Origin: an uncultured Verrucomicrobiae bacterium
GTDB taxonomy: Bacteria; Verrucomicrobiota; Verrucomicrobiia; Chthoniobacterales; UBA10450
Reading direction: 5' to 3'
Length of the DNA stretch: 64,000 nucleotides
NCBI GenBank assembly: GCA_963803285.1
Contig: CAWDMG010000006.1
Coordinates: forward strand, 34,456-98,455
Positions 9,149 through 19,520 of the stretch are shown piece after piece. A program made the translations under genes and the position numbers. The notes beneath the pieces were generated by a model. That model did not search any database, had not been told where the DNA came from, and saw nothing but the letters and a program-made list of their open reading frames with translations. The stretch's first letter is position 1, and each line of letters opens with the position of its first letter.

Positions 9149-9964
9149 CTACAGCTTTGCGTAAACGCCCATCAACGGGCGACGCGATGGTATCGGTGAA
9201 CGGAAGTCGCTGACGAAACCATCCTTGGTTCGAATTTCAACATGACCAACGCTTCGCGCGGTACCATACACGAGCACCGAACCAACGGGCGCGGCGAATG
9301 GATCGGTTATCGAGAGTCTTTTAAATCCGTAGTTGGTGACGAGTTCCGACGCAGCGTCTCTGGCAAGCTCGGTCTTCGGGCGGGAATCGATGGCTCCTGA
9401 AGCGAGCAACGCATCTTTAACGTAATGCCAGCATCGCGAGCGTGAATGTGCATGGGCGCGCTCCTGCGCCACTGTCGCCGCTTGCACTAATCTGTTGTCG
9501 ATGCGCCGATCAATCTTGGCGTACGGGTAAACCATTCGCTTGGGATAATAGTCGCTAATCACGGGCACAGATTCCTTTTTACCCTGCGGAGATCTGAAAC
9601 TGAAACGGCTGCCATGCTGCACCGTTTGATTTACGGTCGGCGGATTCATCGGGCGCACCGGCTCCATCGTGAAGGTTGCGTGGGCGGGCGCTTTCGCGAC
9701 TGCTTGCGTCGGCTTTTGCGCAGCTGCCGGCCGCGATTTCTCAGCGCTTGTGTGCGTCGATTCTTTCAGGAGTTTTCTCGTCTTTTTAGAAATCGACGGC
9801 GCTGTCTTTGCCGTGATGACCTGGACCACGTCGTTTTTGGCCTCGTCGCTGCGGCTGTCGCCGCCCAACGTAGGTGGCGCCAGACCCTGCGCCCGCGCAC
9901 CGGCGCTGAAAGTCACCGAAACGAATGCAGTTGCCAGTGCTAAGAAGATTGGTCGTCTCCGCAC
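9149..9964 (-). CDS. secreted protein with C-terminal papain-like Cys-His (CHAP/NlpC-P60-like) module
   Basis: Signal peptide MRRRPIFLALATAFVSVTFSAGARA and a Lys/Ala/Pro-rich linker. The C-terminal region has RCWHYVKDALLASG ... GSVLVYG...GHVEIRT, matching the Cys...His spacing of amidase/peptidase folds. Confidence 0.55.
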   Translation of the reverse strand: MRRRPIFLALATAFVSVTFSAGARAQGLAPPTLGGDSRSDEAKNDVVQVITAKTAPSISKKTRKLLKESTHTSAEKSRPAAAQKPTQAVAKAPAHATFTMEPVRPMNPPTVNQTVQHGSRFSFRSPQGKKESVPVISDYYPKRMVYPYAKIDRRIDNRLVQAATVAQERAHAHSRSRCWHYVKDALLASGAIDSRPKTELARDAASELVTNYGFKRLSITDPFAAPVGSVLVYGTARSVGHVEIRTKDGFVSDFRSPIPSRRPLMGVYAKL

Positions 9965-10091
9965 GAGCGCGAGGTATGCCGGAAATCACAAACCAAGGCA
10001 AGCTTTTTTTTCCATAAAAACCATTGGCGGCTGGTCGCTTACCTAAGCAGCGGGTTTCGGCGCACACGGGAATGATGCGGCCCACGCCGTT

Positions 10092-10649
10092 TCAATCGTC
10101 CGGGAAATCATCCGGCCCAAATCCGGGCGGATGGCCAAACATCTGGTCGCGGTCGATGTAAACCCGGTTCCGATGACGTGGCACGGATTCTTCCTCATCC
10201 GGCGCGACGATTGCAGTGCGCCCCGAAGGCAAACGCAGGATCAATCGCCCATCAGATGTGATACCCATGACGCGACTGCGCACCGAACCAGTGCGGCCTC
10301 GTGAGGAATATGCGGCCGAACTCCGGCCGGAGCGGGCGCGTTTGGCTGTTGAGGGAACAGATTTCTTTTTGCTCTGCGTGGTGGACCGGCTTGCGCTAGC
10401 TGGCGACGGTTCGGTGTTTGCCTGAGCTGAAGAGTTTGCGTCCGTGTCCGCAGGAGCAGAGGTGTCGGGGGTCGCTGCCGGAGCATTTTCCGCTGCATTC
10501 GTTGGAGCAGCAGCCTGCGGTTGAGCGCTCGCTATTTGAGCCTGCTGAACATCGGCAGGCGCAACGTGAAACGGATTCGGAGTGGTCGCGGCGTTTGCCG
10601 GAACCGGAGTTTCAGGTAGGGCAGTTGGGTTCACCGGCTGCGATGACAC
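10092..10649 (-). CDS. Pro/Ala/Ser-rich low-complexity protein (possibly the C-terminal continuation of the upstream kinase-like gene)
   Basis: 185-aa ORF overlapping the end of the kinase-like ORF by 19 nt in another frame. The frame is open ~17 codons upstream of its GTG. Confidence 0.4.
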   Translation of the reverse strand: MSSQPVNPTALPETPVPANAATTPNPFHVAPADVQQAQIASAQPQAAAPTNAAENAPAATPDTSAPADTDANSSAQANTEPSPASASRSTTQSKKKSVPSTAKRARSGRSSAAYSSRGRTGSVRSRVMGITSDGRLILRLPSGRTAIVAPDEEESVPRHRNRVYIDRDQMFGHPPGFGPDDFPDD

Positions 10650-11780
10650 AACGGCGGGAGGCGATGTCGAAGTGTTTCGAGGCGACTTGAGTCACTAGGC
10701 TGACGTGCCGCTGGTGAAGCATCCGGCACACCAACCAGAACGCCAACTTGCCTTGGCTTTTGGATGTCACGAACCAACTTGCCAATTGAGTACGGGAAAA
10801 CCAGGGGCGCGATCGCCGCCGCAAGCAACAGCAGGACGCCAATCACAGCCGCGGTTCGCACCAGGCGTCTCGGCCGAACTTCTCTTGGCCGCGGAACGGT
10901 TGTTCTCAAGGGGATACCGTAGCGATCCGACAGTGCGCGTCTGCGCTCAATTTTCCCAAGCGATTCGCGGATCATTTCTGTAACGACCAGCAAGTCCTTT
11001 GGACGCTGATCTGGGTAGCGATGCAACAGCCTGCCTAATAAGCCTCGCAATGGCTTTGGAAACCCTGAAAACTTCGGACCTTGCTGGAGTGCCTCAGCCT
11101 GAGAGAGCAATGCCGGTAAGTAGAAAATAAAGTGTCACACCGAGTGAATAGATTTCCGAACGAATGTCCGTCGTCCGCAGGCCAAATTGTTGATCGTTCG
11201 TGACCTGTTCGCCGGCAGGGGCCTGGTCAGGCATCTGTGGTTCAGCTCGCTGAGGCTGTGGCTGAGCGATGAGCGCCGGCAGGCCGAATTTGGTGACCTT
11301 TACGAGGGGCCAGGTACCTTCGGCCGTCTGCCCGGGCACGAGTATAACGTCCAAGGGCTGAATGGGGGGATACGGGAGCTTGTGAAAACCTGCCGAGGAC
11401 AACACACTTACGATCTGTTCGCCGACTCGTAATGAAGCGTCAGCCGGCATCGGTCCGTGGCTGCGCACCCATGACGCAAGTGTCTCACCTGCAAGCCACT
11501 CGGCCACGTAAACATAATCGTCGCCTTCTCGTCCAAAATCGAGGACCTTCGCGATATTGACGTGCCGCAGCTTCTGAGCCGACGATATGTGCCCCTCAAA
11601 TCCCTCGCGCTCGATTGGATCGATAGTCGCGGCCAAAATCAGCGTCACAGAGACTGGCTCCCCGGTTCGCTCATCCACGGCTTCGTAGCTCGTTGCGGCA
11701 CCGGCGCTAGCGGGTTCGTACGGGGTGCCGTCATAGTGAAGACGGATGCGGTAATTCTTGAGGAATGTCGTGCGCTCCAT
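10631..11780 (-). pseudogene. membrane-anchored Ser/Thr kinase-like protein with degenerate catalytic motifs; frame broken by one extra base near 11100-11107
   Basis: ORF 11094-11807 has the kinase fold ending with subdomain IX-like SEIYSLGVTLYFLLTG, but KFG replaces DFG and there is no HRD Asp. ORF 10631-11110 continues (QAEALQQGPKF...HRYPDQRP) and carries a TM segment. Confidence 0.65.
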
Positions 11781-11992
11781 AAACCGGCCTCGTTGGCCAC
11801 GGCGCAACTACGATCTGGCTGCACCGCCACTCATTCAACCGTGATTTTGGCGGCTAGTTGCTCGGCATTTGCCTTCGGAAGAGCGATGATTTCCGGATCG
11901 ACGACCGCCGGACCCAGTCTCAACCATTAACCGAATACACTTTGGAAATTGCGCCGAAGGCGAAATTCGCGAATCTAAACTGCAGATCCTGG

Positions 11993-12066
11993 TACCCCGT
12001 GGTGTAACGGTAACACAGCGCCCTTTGGAGGCGTTATTCATGGTTCGAATCCATGCGGGGTAGCCA
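11993..12066 (+). tRNA. tRNA-Gln (anticodon TTG)
   Basis: Cloverleaf read by hand. Acceptor TACCCCG/CGGGGTA (U1-A72), D stem GTGT/ACAC, anticodon stem GCGCC/GGCGT with loop CTTTGGA, T arm CATGG-TTCGAAT-CCATG, encoded CCA. Confidence 0.93.
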
Positions 12067-12163
12067 CGTAAAAGCGTCTTCGACGCTCACGTGGCTGCAC
12101 CCGTGAGCCGCGTGAGGCGAAGTCTTTTACGCGGTTCGCAAATTTCCCGAACTAGAGTATAGT

Positions 12164-12946
12164 TTGAGTTCCGACTTTATGAACGAATTGAGAGTGGAGA
12201 ATCTACGCGTGTCGGTTGCCGATCGGGAGATTGTGCGCGGGCTAAGTCTGCGCGTTCCGCGCGGCGAAGTGCACGCACTCATGGGCCCAAACGGCTCCGG
12301 AAAAAGCACGCTGGCAAAAGTGCTGGCAGGACACCCAGACTACCATGTGATCTCGGGAAAGATTTTGATGGACGGCGAAAACCTCCTGGAACTCGAGCCG
12401 GATGAGCGCGCGCGACGCGGTCTTTTCCTGGCTTTTCAGTACCCGAGCGAAATTCCGGGCGTAACCATTGCAAATTTTCTGCGCGCCGCGTTGCAATCGC
12501 GTCTGCCCGAAGGCGAGGAACTCGAGGCCACTGATTATTACGCCAAGCTTTACGAAAAAATGGAACTGCTCGGCATGGATCGTTCGTTTACATCGCGCTC
12601 TGTCAATGAGGGCTTCTCCGGCGGCGAAAAAAAACGCACGGAAATTCTGCAAATGGCCGTGCTCGAGCCACAATACGCCGTGCTCGATGAGACCGACAGC
12701 GGCCTGGACATTGACGCGCTTAAGACCGTGGCGCACGGGGTCAATTCGTTGCGCGGACCGAACCTTGGGATACTGTTAATCACGCACTATCAGCGGCTCC
12801 TGAACTACATCGTTCCCGACTACGTCCATGTGATGGTAGGAGGCCGAATCGTTAGGAGCGGGCGAAAAGAACTCGCTCTCGAGCTCGAGGAAAGAGGTTA
12901 CGATTGGGCACGCGAGGAAGCTGCCGATCTAGCGTTTACTAGGTAA
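12164..12946 (+). CDS. sufC: Fe-S cluster assembly ATPase SufC
   Basis: 260 aa with Walker [10 protein letters not shown], signature FSGGEKKR, and Walker [12 protein letters not shown]. Followed by sufB and sufD. Confidence 0.95.
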   Translation: MSSDFMNELRVENLRVSVADREIVRGLSLRVPRGEVHALMGPNGSGKSTLAKVLAGHPDYHVISGKILMDGENLLELEPDERARRGLFLAFQYPSEIPGVTIANFLRAALQSRLPEGEELEATDYYAKLYEKMELLGMDRSFTSRSVNEGFSGGEKKRTEILQMAVLEPQYAVLDETDSGLDIDALKTVAHGVNSLRGPNLGILLITHYQRLLNYIVPDYVHVMVGGRIVRSGRKELALELEERGYDWAREEAADLAFTR

Positions 12947-12952
12947 CCACAA

Positions 12953-14362
12953 ATGAAAACCGAAACGACAACCATCAATATCGATCGCGGTAAGGGCGAT
13001 TTCTTTTACCCGGAAGTTCATGTGCGCGACGCGGGCGTCGGCTTGAGCGAACGCACCGTCCATTACATCGCCGATGTGAAAGGGGACCCGGATTGGGTGC
13101 GCGATTTTCGTCTGCGCGCGTTGAAAACATTCTTGGAGAAACCGCTTCCCACGCACTGGGCAAGCAAGGAACTTGAGGCCATCGATTTTGATAAGATCCG
13201 TTATTATCTTTCTCCGGGCACCGAACCGAAGCGCAGCTGGGAAGAAGTACCGGACGACATTAAACGCACCTTCGAGCGACTCGGCATTCCCGAGCAGGAA
13301 CGAAAATTTCTCGCAGGCGTCGAGGCTCAGTTCGACAGCGAGGCAGTCTATTCCAACATCAAGAAGGCTGTCGGCGAACAGGGTGTGATCTTTGTCGGTT
13401 CGCGAGAGGGACTCAAGGATTATCCGGAAATTTTCCGCCCTTGGTTCAGCAAAGTCATTCCGGTTGGCGACAACAAATTCAGCGCGCTGAATTCAGCCGT
13501 CTTCAGTGGCGGCTCATTCATCTATGTCCCGCCCGGCGTGAAAGTGAAGCACCCGCTACAGGCATACTTTCGTATCAACGCGGAAAACTTTGGCCAGTTT
13601 GAGCGCACCCTCATTATCGCCGACGAAGGCTCGGAAGTGACTTACATGGAGGGCTGCACTGCGCCGAAGTTCAATACGCCAACGCTGCACAGCGCCGTCG
13701 TCGAACTCGTGGCGCTCAAGGGCGCGAAGATTCAGTACATCACCGTGCAAAATTGGGCGTCAAACGTTTTCAACCTTGTTACAAAACGCGGGCTCGCTCA
13801 GGAAAACGCCGAAGTGAAATGGATTGATTGCAACATCGGGTCTCGCCTCACCATGAAGTATCCCGGTGTTATTATGAAAGGTCGCAAGGCGCGCGGCGAA
13901 GTCTTGTCCATCGCGCTTGCCAATGATGGTCAGCATCAGGACACCGGCGCTAAGATGATTCATGCCGCCGACGAGACGACGAGCAATATCGTTTCCAAAT
14001 CGATCTCGATCGGCAAAGGTCGCGCTACTTATCGCGGCCTGGTGCACGTGCCGAAGCATCTAAAGAATTGCAAAAACAACACCGAGTGCGACGCGTTGCT
14101 CATCAACTCGACGTCGCGCACGGATACTTATCCGGCGATCACCGTGCGCGGCACTGGTAACGCCGTGCAGCACGAAGCCAGCGTCAGCCAGGTGAGCGCG
14201 GAGCAAATTTTCTACATGCAACAACGCGGTTTGAGCGAGGCGCAGGCGATGAGCTTGAGCGTGAACGGGTTCGTCAACGATCTCGTGCGCCAATTCCCCA
14301 TGGAATACAGCGTCGAGCTGAAACGGCTGATCGAGCTGGAGATGGAAGGCTCGGTCGGGTAA
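12953..14362 (+). CDS. sufB: Fe-S cluster assembly protein SufB
   Basis: 469 aa with conserved SufB stretches ([51 protein letters not shown]). Confidence 0.97.
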   Translation: MKTETTTINIDRGKGDFFYPEVHVRDAGVGLSERTVHYIADVKGDPDWVRDFRLRALKTFLEKPLPTHWASKELEAIDFDKIRYYLSPGTEPKRSWEEVPDDIKRTFERLGIPEQERKFLAGVEAQFDSEAVYSNIKKAVGEQGVIFVGSREGLKDYPEIFRPWFSKVIPVGDNKFSALNSAVFSGGSFIYVPPGVKVKHPLQAYFRINAENFGQFERTLIIADEGSEVTYMEGCTAPKFNTPTLHSAVVELVALKGAKIQYITVQNWASNVFNLVTKRGLAQENAEVKWIDCNIGSRLTMKYPGVIMKGRKARGEVLSIALANDGQHQDTGAKMIHAADETTSNIVSKSISIGKGRATYRGLVHVPKHLKNCKNNTECDALLINSTSRTDTYPAITVRGTGNAVQHEASVSQVSAEQIFYMQQRGLSEAQAMSLSVNGFVNDLVRQFPMEYSVELKRLIELEMEGSVG

Positions 14363-14363
14363 G

Positions 14364-14423
14364 GTAGCGCGAGCCTCTGGCTTGCGTTGCTGGATTGGCT
14401 GCAAGCGAGGACGCTGGCGCTAC
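14364..14423. repeat. REPIN-like inverted doublet, GTAGCGCGAGCCTCTGGCTTGC family
   Basis: GTAGCGCGAGCCTCTGGCTTGCG ... GCAAGCGAGGACGCTGGCGCTAC. The same family occurs at 54625-54685. It starts 1 nt after the sufB stop. Confidence 0.8.
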
Positions 14424-14451
14424 TCTAGTCTGCCGTCACCCAAAGTCCCAT

Positions 14452-15765
14452 ATGTCGTTAGTCACACATCAAGAGCCAGCCGCACCGATTCTTTCCGGCC
14501 CGCGCGAGTTCGATGCGTTCCCAGAGTGGTTTCGCGATCAGCAACACGCGGCATGGAATCAATTTGAATCCTTGCCGCAACCGACCCGAAAAGATCAGGC
14601 GTGGCGATTTTCCAATGTCGGTCTTCTCGATCTCGCGCCGTTCAAGATCAGTCCGCCGCTTTCTGAAGACGATCGCGAAAATATTCTAAAATATTCCCGC
14701 GGTCTCGAGCAGTGCGCAGGTCGGATGATCTTCGCGAACGACCAACTGGTCGAGCGCGACGTCGTTTCTGACGACCTGAAAAAGCGCGGCGTGATTTTTC
14801 AGCCGCTCGAGCGCGCCATGGTCGAGCACGCCGATGTCTTCCGGAAATATTTCATGTCCACCGAAGCGAAGCTTGGCTCAGCCAGGTTCGCCGCGTTACA
14901 CAGAGCACTGGTTTCGACGGGAACATTCCTGTTCGTGCCGCGCGGACTCGAAATTGAATTGCCAATCGAAATCTTCCATTGGCTGCGACATGACAATATG
15001 TCGGTTTTTCCGCATTTACTCCTCGTGGCCGATGAGCTCGCGAAGGTCACGGTAATCGAGCATTTCCGGTCGTGCAGCCAAATGGCACCAGGCTTCGCCT
15101 GTGGTGTCAACGATCTCATCGCAGGGCCTGGAGCGAAGGTGACATACGTGTGCGCCCAGGAGTGGGGCAGTAACGTGATCGCATTACAAATGAACTCCAC
15201 GGTGGTCGATCACGATGCTTCAGCTACGAGCCTGAATTTGAACGTGGGCGCAAAATATTCGCGGTTCGAAAGTTTGAGTCGTCTTATTGGCGAAGGGGGT
15301 CGCAGCGATTTGCTCGCTGTCGCCGTGGCGAAACACCAGCAGGAATTCGACGCGCGCACACTGCAGGACCACGTCTCGCCGCGCACAGCGAGCGACTTGC
15401 TTTACAAAAACGCTCTTGATGATCGCGCCCGCACGATTTTCGGCGGGCTCATCCGCGTGGAACCGCACGCTCACTTCACCGATGCATATCAAAAGGTTCG
15501 CAATCTCCTTTTAAGTGACGATTCCGAAGCCAACTCAATGCCAGGCCTCGAAATTCTCGCCGACAACGTCCGTTGCACCCACGGCGCAACCTCCGGCCAA
15601 ATTGACGAGGACGAGCTCTTCTATCTGCGCACGCGCGGCATCCCCACAAAAGTCGCCCAACGCCTCCTCGTCACCGGTTTTTTGGACGAAGTAATCCGGC
15701 GGCTCGATCATCCAGCCATCGCGGCGCATTTGCATCGGCTGATTGAGGAGAAGTTTGCGCAATAG
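14452..15765 (+). CDS. sufD: Fe-S cluster assembly protein SufD
   Basis: SufB/D-fold C-terminal half (HGATSGQIDEDELFYLRTRGI). Upstream of the ATG at 14452 the ORF reads through the REPIN. Confidence 0.9.
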   Translation: MSLVTHQEPAAPILSGPREFDAFPEWFRDQQHAAWNQFESLPQPTRKDQAWRFSNVGLLDLAPFKISPPLSEDDRENILKYSRGLEQCAGRMIFANDQLVERDVVSDDLKKRGVIFQPLERAMVEHADVFRKYFMSTEAKLGSARFAALHRALVSTGTFLFVPRGLEIELPIEIFHWLRHDNMSVFPHLLLVADELAKVTVIEHFRSCSQMAPGFACGVNDLIAGPGAKVTYVCAQEWGSNVIALQMNSTVVDHDASATSLNLNVGAKYSRFESLSRLIGEGGRSDLLAVAVAKHQQEFDARTLQDHVSPRTASDLLYKNALDDRARTIFGGLIRVEPHAHFTDAYQKVRNLLLSDDSEANSMPGLEILADNVRCTHGATSGQIDEDELFYLRTRGIPTKVAQRLLVTGFLDEVIRRLDHPAIAAHLHRLIEEKFAQ

Positions 15766-15871
15766 TTATCGAGGAAGACTCGACGGATAGTTCAATTCGC
15801 CAGAGGTCGTTAACATAAATCGATTATAAAACTCGGAGACGACTTTCAGCGCATTCGTTGCGGCCGAATCG

Positions 15872-16651
15872 ATGGCTGAAATTAAAATGTCGATCTTGCG
15901 CAGGTTGAAATTCCTGATGGCGACGGTTGCGTTGGCGGCACAAGCTTTCACCATGCAAAATCCAGACTCGCAGCCAGCGGAAAATTGCTGCCCGATCGTT
16001 GAGCTGCGGCAATACACGTTGCATCCGGGGAAGCGCGATGTGTTGATCGATCTGTTCGACCGGGAATTTGTCGAATCACAGGAAGAGCTCGGCATGAAGG
16101 TCATCGGTCAGTTCCGGGTCCTGGATAATCCAAACCGATTTGTCTGGCTGCGAGGTTTTCGGGACATGCCTTCGCGCGCACAGGCGCTGAAAGATTTTTA
16201 CGGCGGGCCGGTTTGGAAGGCGCATCGCGAGGCGGCCAACGCCACCATGATTGATTCCAATAATGTGTTGCTCTTGCATCCGGCAACGCCAACGTCAGGA
16301 TTTTCTTTCGGAAACAGGGAGCGCTCTGGACCTGGATCGAACGAGAGGCGGAGCGAATTGATTGTGGCGACGATCTATTATTTCAATGCCCCGGTGGAAG
16401 CGGCCTTCGTTCAGTTCTTCGAGAAAACCGTGAAACCGGCCGTGATCGGTTCAGGTGCAACGGTCCTGGCGTATTTCGTGACTGAGCAGAGCGAGAACAC
16501 TTTTCCCGCGCTGCCGGTGCGGGAAGGCGAAAATGTTTTTGTCTGGTTCGCGCGCTTTAACGATCCAGCTGCATATGAACGTCACATTGCTGCCCTGACA
16601 CAGTCCGCGCTTGGCGCGATGAAATTTCGAAGGAACTCGCGCGATGCCTGA
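15872..16651 (+). CDS. NIPSNAP domain protein with signal peptide
   Basis: VELRQYTLHPGKRDVLIDLFDREF and a second half IYYFNAPVEAAFVQFFEK are typical of tandem NIPSNAP domains. Confidence 0.75.
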   Translation: MAEIKMSILRRLKFLMATVALAAQAFTMQNPDSQPAENCCPIVELRQYTLHPGKRDVLIDLFDREFVESQEELGMKVIGQFRVLDNPNRFVWLRGFRDMPSRAQALKDFYGGPVWKAHREAANATMIDSNNVLLLHPATPTSGFSFGNRERSGPGSNERRSELIVATIYYFNAPVEAAFVQFFEKTVKPAVIGSGATVLAYFVTEQSENTFPALPVREGENVFVWFARFNDPAAYERHIAALTQSALGAMKFRRNSRDA

Positions 16652-16740
16652 AGCGAGAGCCGGAGAGTTTGAGATTATCGCCGACGACGCGCTCTCTTTT
16701 GTAAGGTCGGCTACGATTTTTCGCGCGACAAAGACAGTTA

Positions 16741-17007
16741 TCATTTCGACGCTCCCTGCTCGGTATTCAGTTCGAAATTGATTTTTACGTCGTAATGATC
16801 GCCCTTGATTAGGCCCGTCGGCGGCGGATCAACCTGGTTGATTTGTTTCGCAACCGTCGCCACCGATTCATTCACTGTGGCGTTCTCGGATGGTTTGGCG
16901 ATTTCGAATTTCGAAACGCGTCCGTCTTTTTCGATCCGAACCCTTACCAGCGTCGAAATCTTTGTGCCCGACGGGACGTTCATAGTACGTCCGCGCAAAA
17001 CATTCAC
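16741..17007 (-). pseudogene. truncated duplicate of the tonB C-terminal domain
   Basis: The 88-aa ORF is ~88% identical over ~72 aa to the C-terminus of the TonB ORF at 18520. DNA similarity spans about 230 bp starting TTCAGTTCGAAATTGATTTTTACGTCGTA. There is no N-terminal anchor or Pro-rich part. Confidence 0.75.
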
Positions 17008-17062
17008 GACTCGAAAGATTTACTCTCGCCAAGCAGGCGCGAGTCTTGCGAAACTCTCATCT

Positions 17063-18419
17063 ATGAAAACGACAATTCCATCAGTTCTTATCATAGTCGC
17101 GCTTAGTTGTGTCGCGGCAGATGCGCCAAAGGCGCACGCAGTTGTTCCGCCACCGGATGGCGGTTATGCCAACTTCACTACGGCAGAAGGAACAACGCCC
17201 TTAAAAATCTCACCACCGGTGCTGCAACACAGCAGTTGGTTGGTATTCGCTCTTTAGCAATACAGACGGAAGTTTCAATACCGCTACCGGCGCTGGAACG
17301 CTCTTATTCAACAACGCGGATGCAAATACGGCCGTTGGCACTGCCGCGCTTTTACTCAACACCGCCGGCGAACATAACACAGCCATTGGAACGAGCGCGC
17401 TTTTGAACAACACCATCGGGTATAGTAATACGGCTATTGGGTCGGCTGCACTCTTCGCCAATACCGAAGGTAGATACAATACGGCCATTGGCGAGACCGC
17501 GCTGCTTGATAACACCACGGGTCAACTCAATACGGCTATCGCAGCTGGTGCGCTAAATCGCAACACCACGGGCGTGAACAATACAGCGGTTGGTTATGCC
17601 GCCCTACTGGGTAATACGACTGGCAACACTAATACAGCTGTCGGTTCTTTCGCGCTAAATAGCAATGACACCGGCATCGGCAACAGCGCCATGGGCGTCA
17701 ATGCGCTTGCTATTAACACCGCCGGGTCCTTCAACACCGCGATCGGGGATATAGCGCTCTCTCAGAATGCTGGCACTCTTAACACTGCCGTGGGCTGGCA
17801 TGCTGGCATTAATAATACCGGCGGTAGCGTCAATATCTACATTGGAAATGAGGGTGGAGGACCGAACGAGAGCAGCCGCATGCGACTTGGTCGCACGGGA
17901 GACGCACCCACGCTCTTTACCTATATCGCGGGAATTTTTGGCACCAACATATCCGGAGCGGCTGTTTACATCGATTCCGAAGGACAGCTCGGCACAGTCA
18001 ATTCTTCACGTCGCTTCAAGCACGACATCAAGCCAATGGATAAAGCCAGCGAAGCGATTCTGTCGCTTAAGCCCGTCACGTTTCACTACAACAGTGATAC
18101 GAAAGCCAGTCCCCAATTTGGTTTGATCGCCGAAGAGGTGGCCGAGGTGAACCCGGACTTGGTAGTCCGTGAAAACAACGGGGATCTTTTGACCGTCCGG
18201 TATGATCAAGTGAATGCGATGTTGCTTAACGAGTTTCTCAAAGAGCACCGCAAGATACAGGAGCTGTGCACCTCGGATGCGGAACAGAAAAAGGAAATCG
18301 CAGAGCAGCGCAAACAAATTCGAATCCTCACGGCGCAACTTAAAGAGCAAGCCGCGGAGATCCAGAAAGTGAGTGCGCGAATGGCCACAGGTAGTTCGTC
18401 CGTTGCCGATTTGAGATGA
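17063..18419 (+). pseudogene. secreted tail-fibre-like protein with NTAxG head repeats and peptidase S74 intramolecular-chaperone C-terminus; two missing bases near 17190 and 17226
   Basis: The signal peptide MKTTIPSVLIIVALSCVAADA is in frame 2 and NNALKNLTTGAA in frame 1. From NTAVGWYSLFSNTDGSFNTATG onward the protein is in frame 0. The C-terminus RRFKHDIKPMDKASEAILSLKPVTFHYN...GLIAEEVAEVNPDLV matches the S74 chaperone domain. Confidence 0.75.
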
Positions 18420-18473
18420 GGAGACTCAGCGGCACGTATCCCGCTGGTTAAATCAGAAGGGGAGAAAAAGTCC

Positions 18474-18502
18474 GAGATTCCTCGACTCCGCTCGGAATGA
18501 CA
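18474..18502. mobile_element. half copy of MITE-like family A
   Basis: GAGATTCCTCGACTCCGCTCGGAATGACA matches the right arm of copy 5 (61584-61678). Confidence 0.6.
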
Positions 18503-18519
18503 AACACTGCTGTCGGCTG

Positions 18520-19414
18520 TTACCTCGGCGTTTTCTCCTCGGTGTTCAGTTCGAAATTGATTTTTACGTCGTAGTGATAGCCTTTGATTAGCCCCGTCGG
18601 CGGCGAGTCAACGTGGCTGATTTGTTTCGCCACAGCGGCCACTGATTCATTGACTGTGGCGTTCTCCGACGGCTTGACGATTTCGAATTTCGAAACGCGA
18701 CCGTCCTTTTCGATTCGCACGTTCACGAGTGTCGAAATTTTTGCGCCTGAAGGGATGTTCGTAGTGGGCTGGATCCAGGCGCTGTAAAAACGGTCGTGTA
18801 ACATGTTGCCGTACCAGCCAAATTCGGACGCACTGCTTCCACCGCCCGCGCTGCCAGCTTTACCTGTTGATCCGCTTTGGCCGCTTGCGCTCTGAGACGC
18901 GGAATCTTTTTTTGCCAGAGTAATTTTGTCTTTTTTCTGTGACTTGGCGTTCGCTTTCGCGGGGGTCGGCTTGGGTTTTGCCGCCGGTTTTGGAGAAGCT
19001 TTCGCCACCAGCGTTTTCCTGGGCGTTGGTTTCGGGATTGGTTTTGGAGTGACCTTCGGTTTCGGTGTGGGCGTAACGCTGGGCTTCGGCTCGGGAGTTG
19101 CCGTCGGTTTTGGAGTAGCCGATGGCAATTCGATTTCGCTCTTCGCGGTTGTTACAACAGGCTTTTCGTCTGCGGCTTCATCCTGTTCCGAGCTCGCTGG
19201 ATTCAGTGCCAGTGGATGGCTGCTTTGGTGATGGCGATTCCTGTTTTTCCGATTCGTCTGCCGAGAGATCTCCTGCGCCACCCAACCACACGATGCTTTC
19301 TGGATTCGATGATGGCCTCGCTGCTACACTCCAGCGAATGAGTCCCGCGATAAGCGCGACGTGCGCCAGCGCGATCAGGACGACGTTTCGCCAAAAACGG
19401 GCATTTCGCGGCAT
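18520..19414 (-). pseudogene. tonB: TonB-like energy transducer, frame broken between 19178 and 19281
   Basis: ORF 19178-19414 supplies the N-terminal anchor (FWRNVVLIALAHVALIAGLI). ORF 18520-19281 supplies the Pro/Lys-rich spacer (TPKPTATPEPKPSVTPTPKPK) and the TonB C-terminal domain. The total length is 1 mod 3. Confidence 0.75.
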
Positions 19415-19520
19415 ATCAGCTCAACACAATGACCAGCATTGCCTCGCTGAAGGAATAAAAGCGGCGTCAAGCCGCCGCACTCCAAAGCGCGCTTTTGCGC
19501 GCGAAATTCGTGAAATTGTC

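Noticed and set aside
9149-12066. Genomic island integrated at tRNA-Gln
   Set aside because: The kinase-like and CHAP-like block lies 5' of the tRNA. I saw no integrase, no repeat of the tRNA 3' end, and no obvious composition shift.
12067-12115. Palindromes just after tRNA-Gln (GCGTC-TTC-GACGC and CACGTGGCT...AGCCGCGTG) as a terminator or REP
   Set aside because: There is no GTAG head, no T-tract and no second copy in the window. They are noted only as local hairpins.
16741-18519. Prophage or phage remnant around the tail-fibre-like gene
   Set aside because: No integrase, capsid, terminase, baseplate or lysis genes lie nearby. The protein has a Sec signal peptide and adhesin-like repeats, so a cellular fibre or adhesin with an S74 chaperone domain is more likely.
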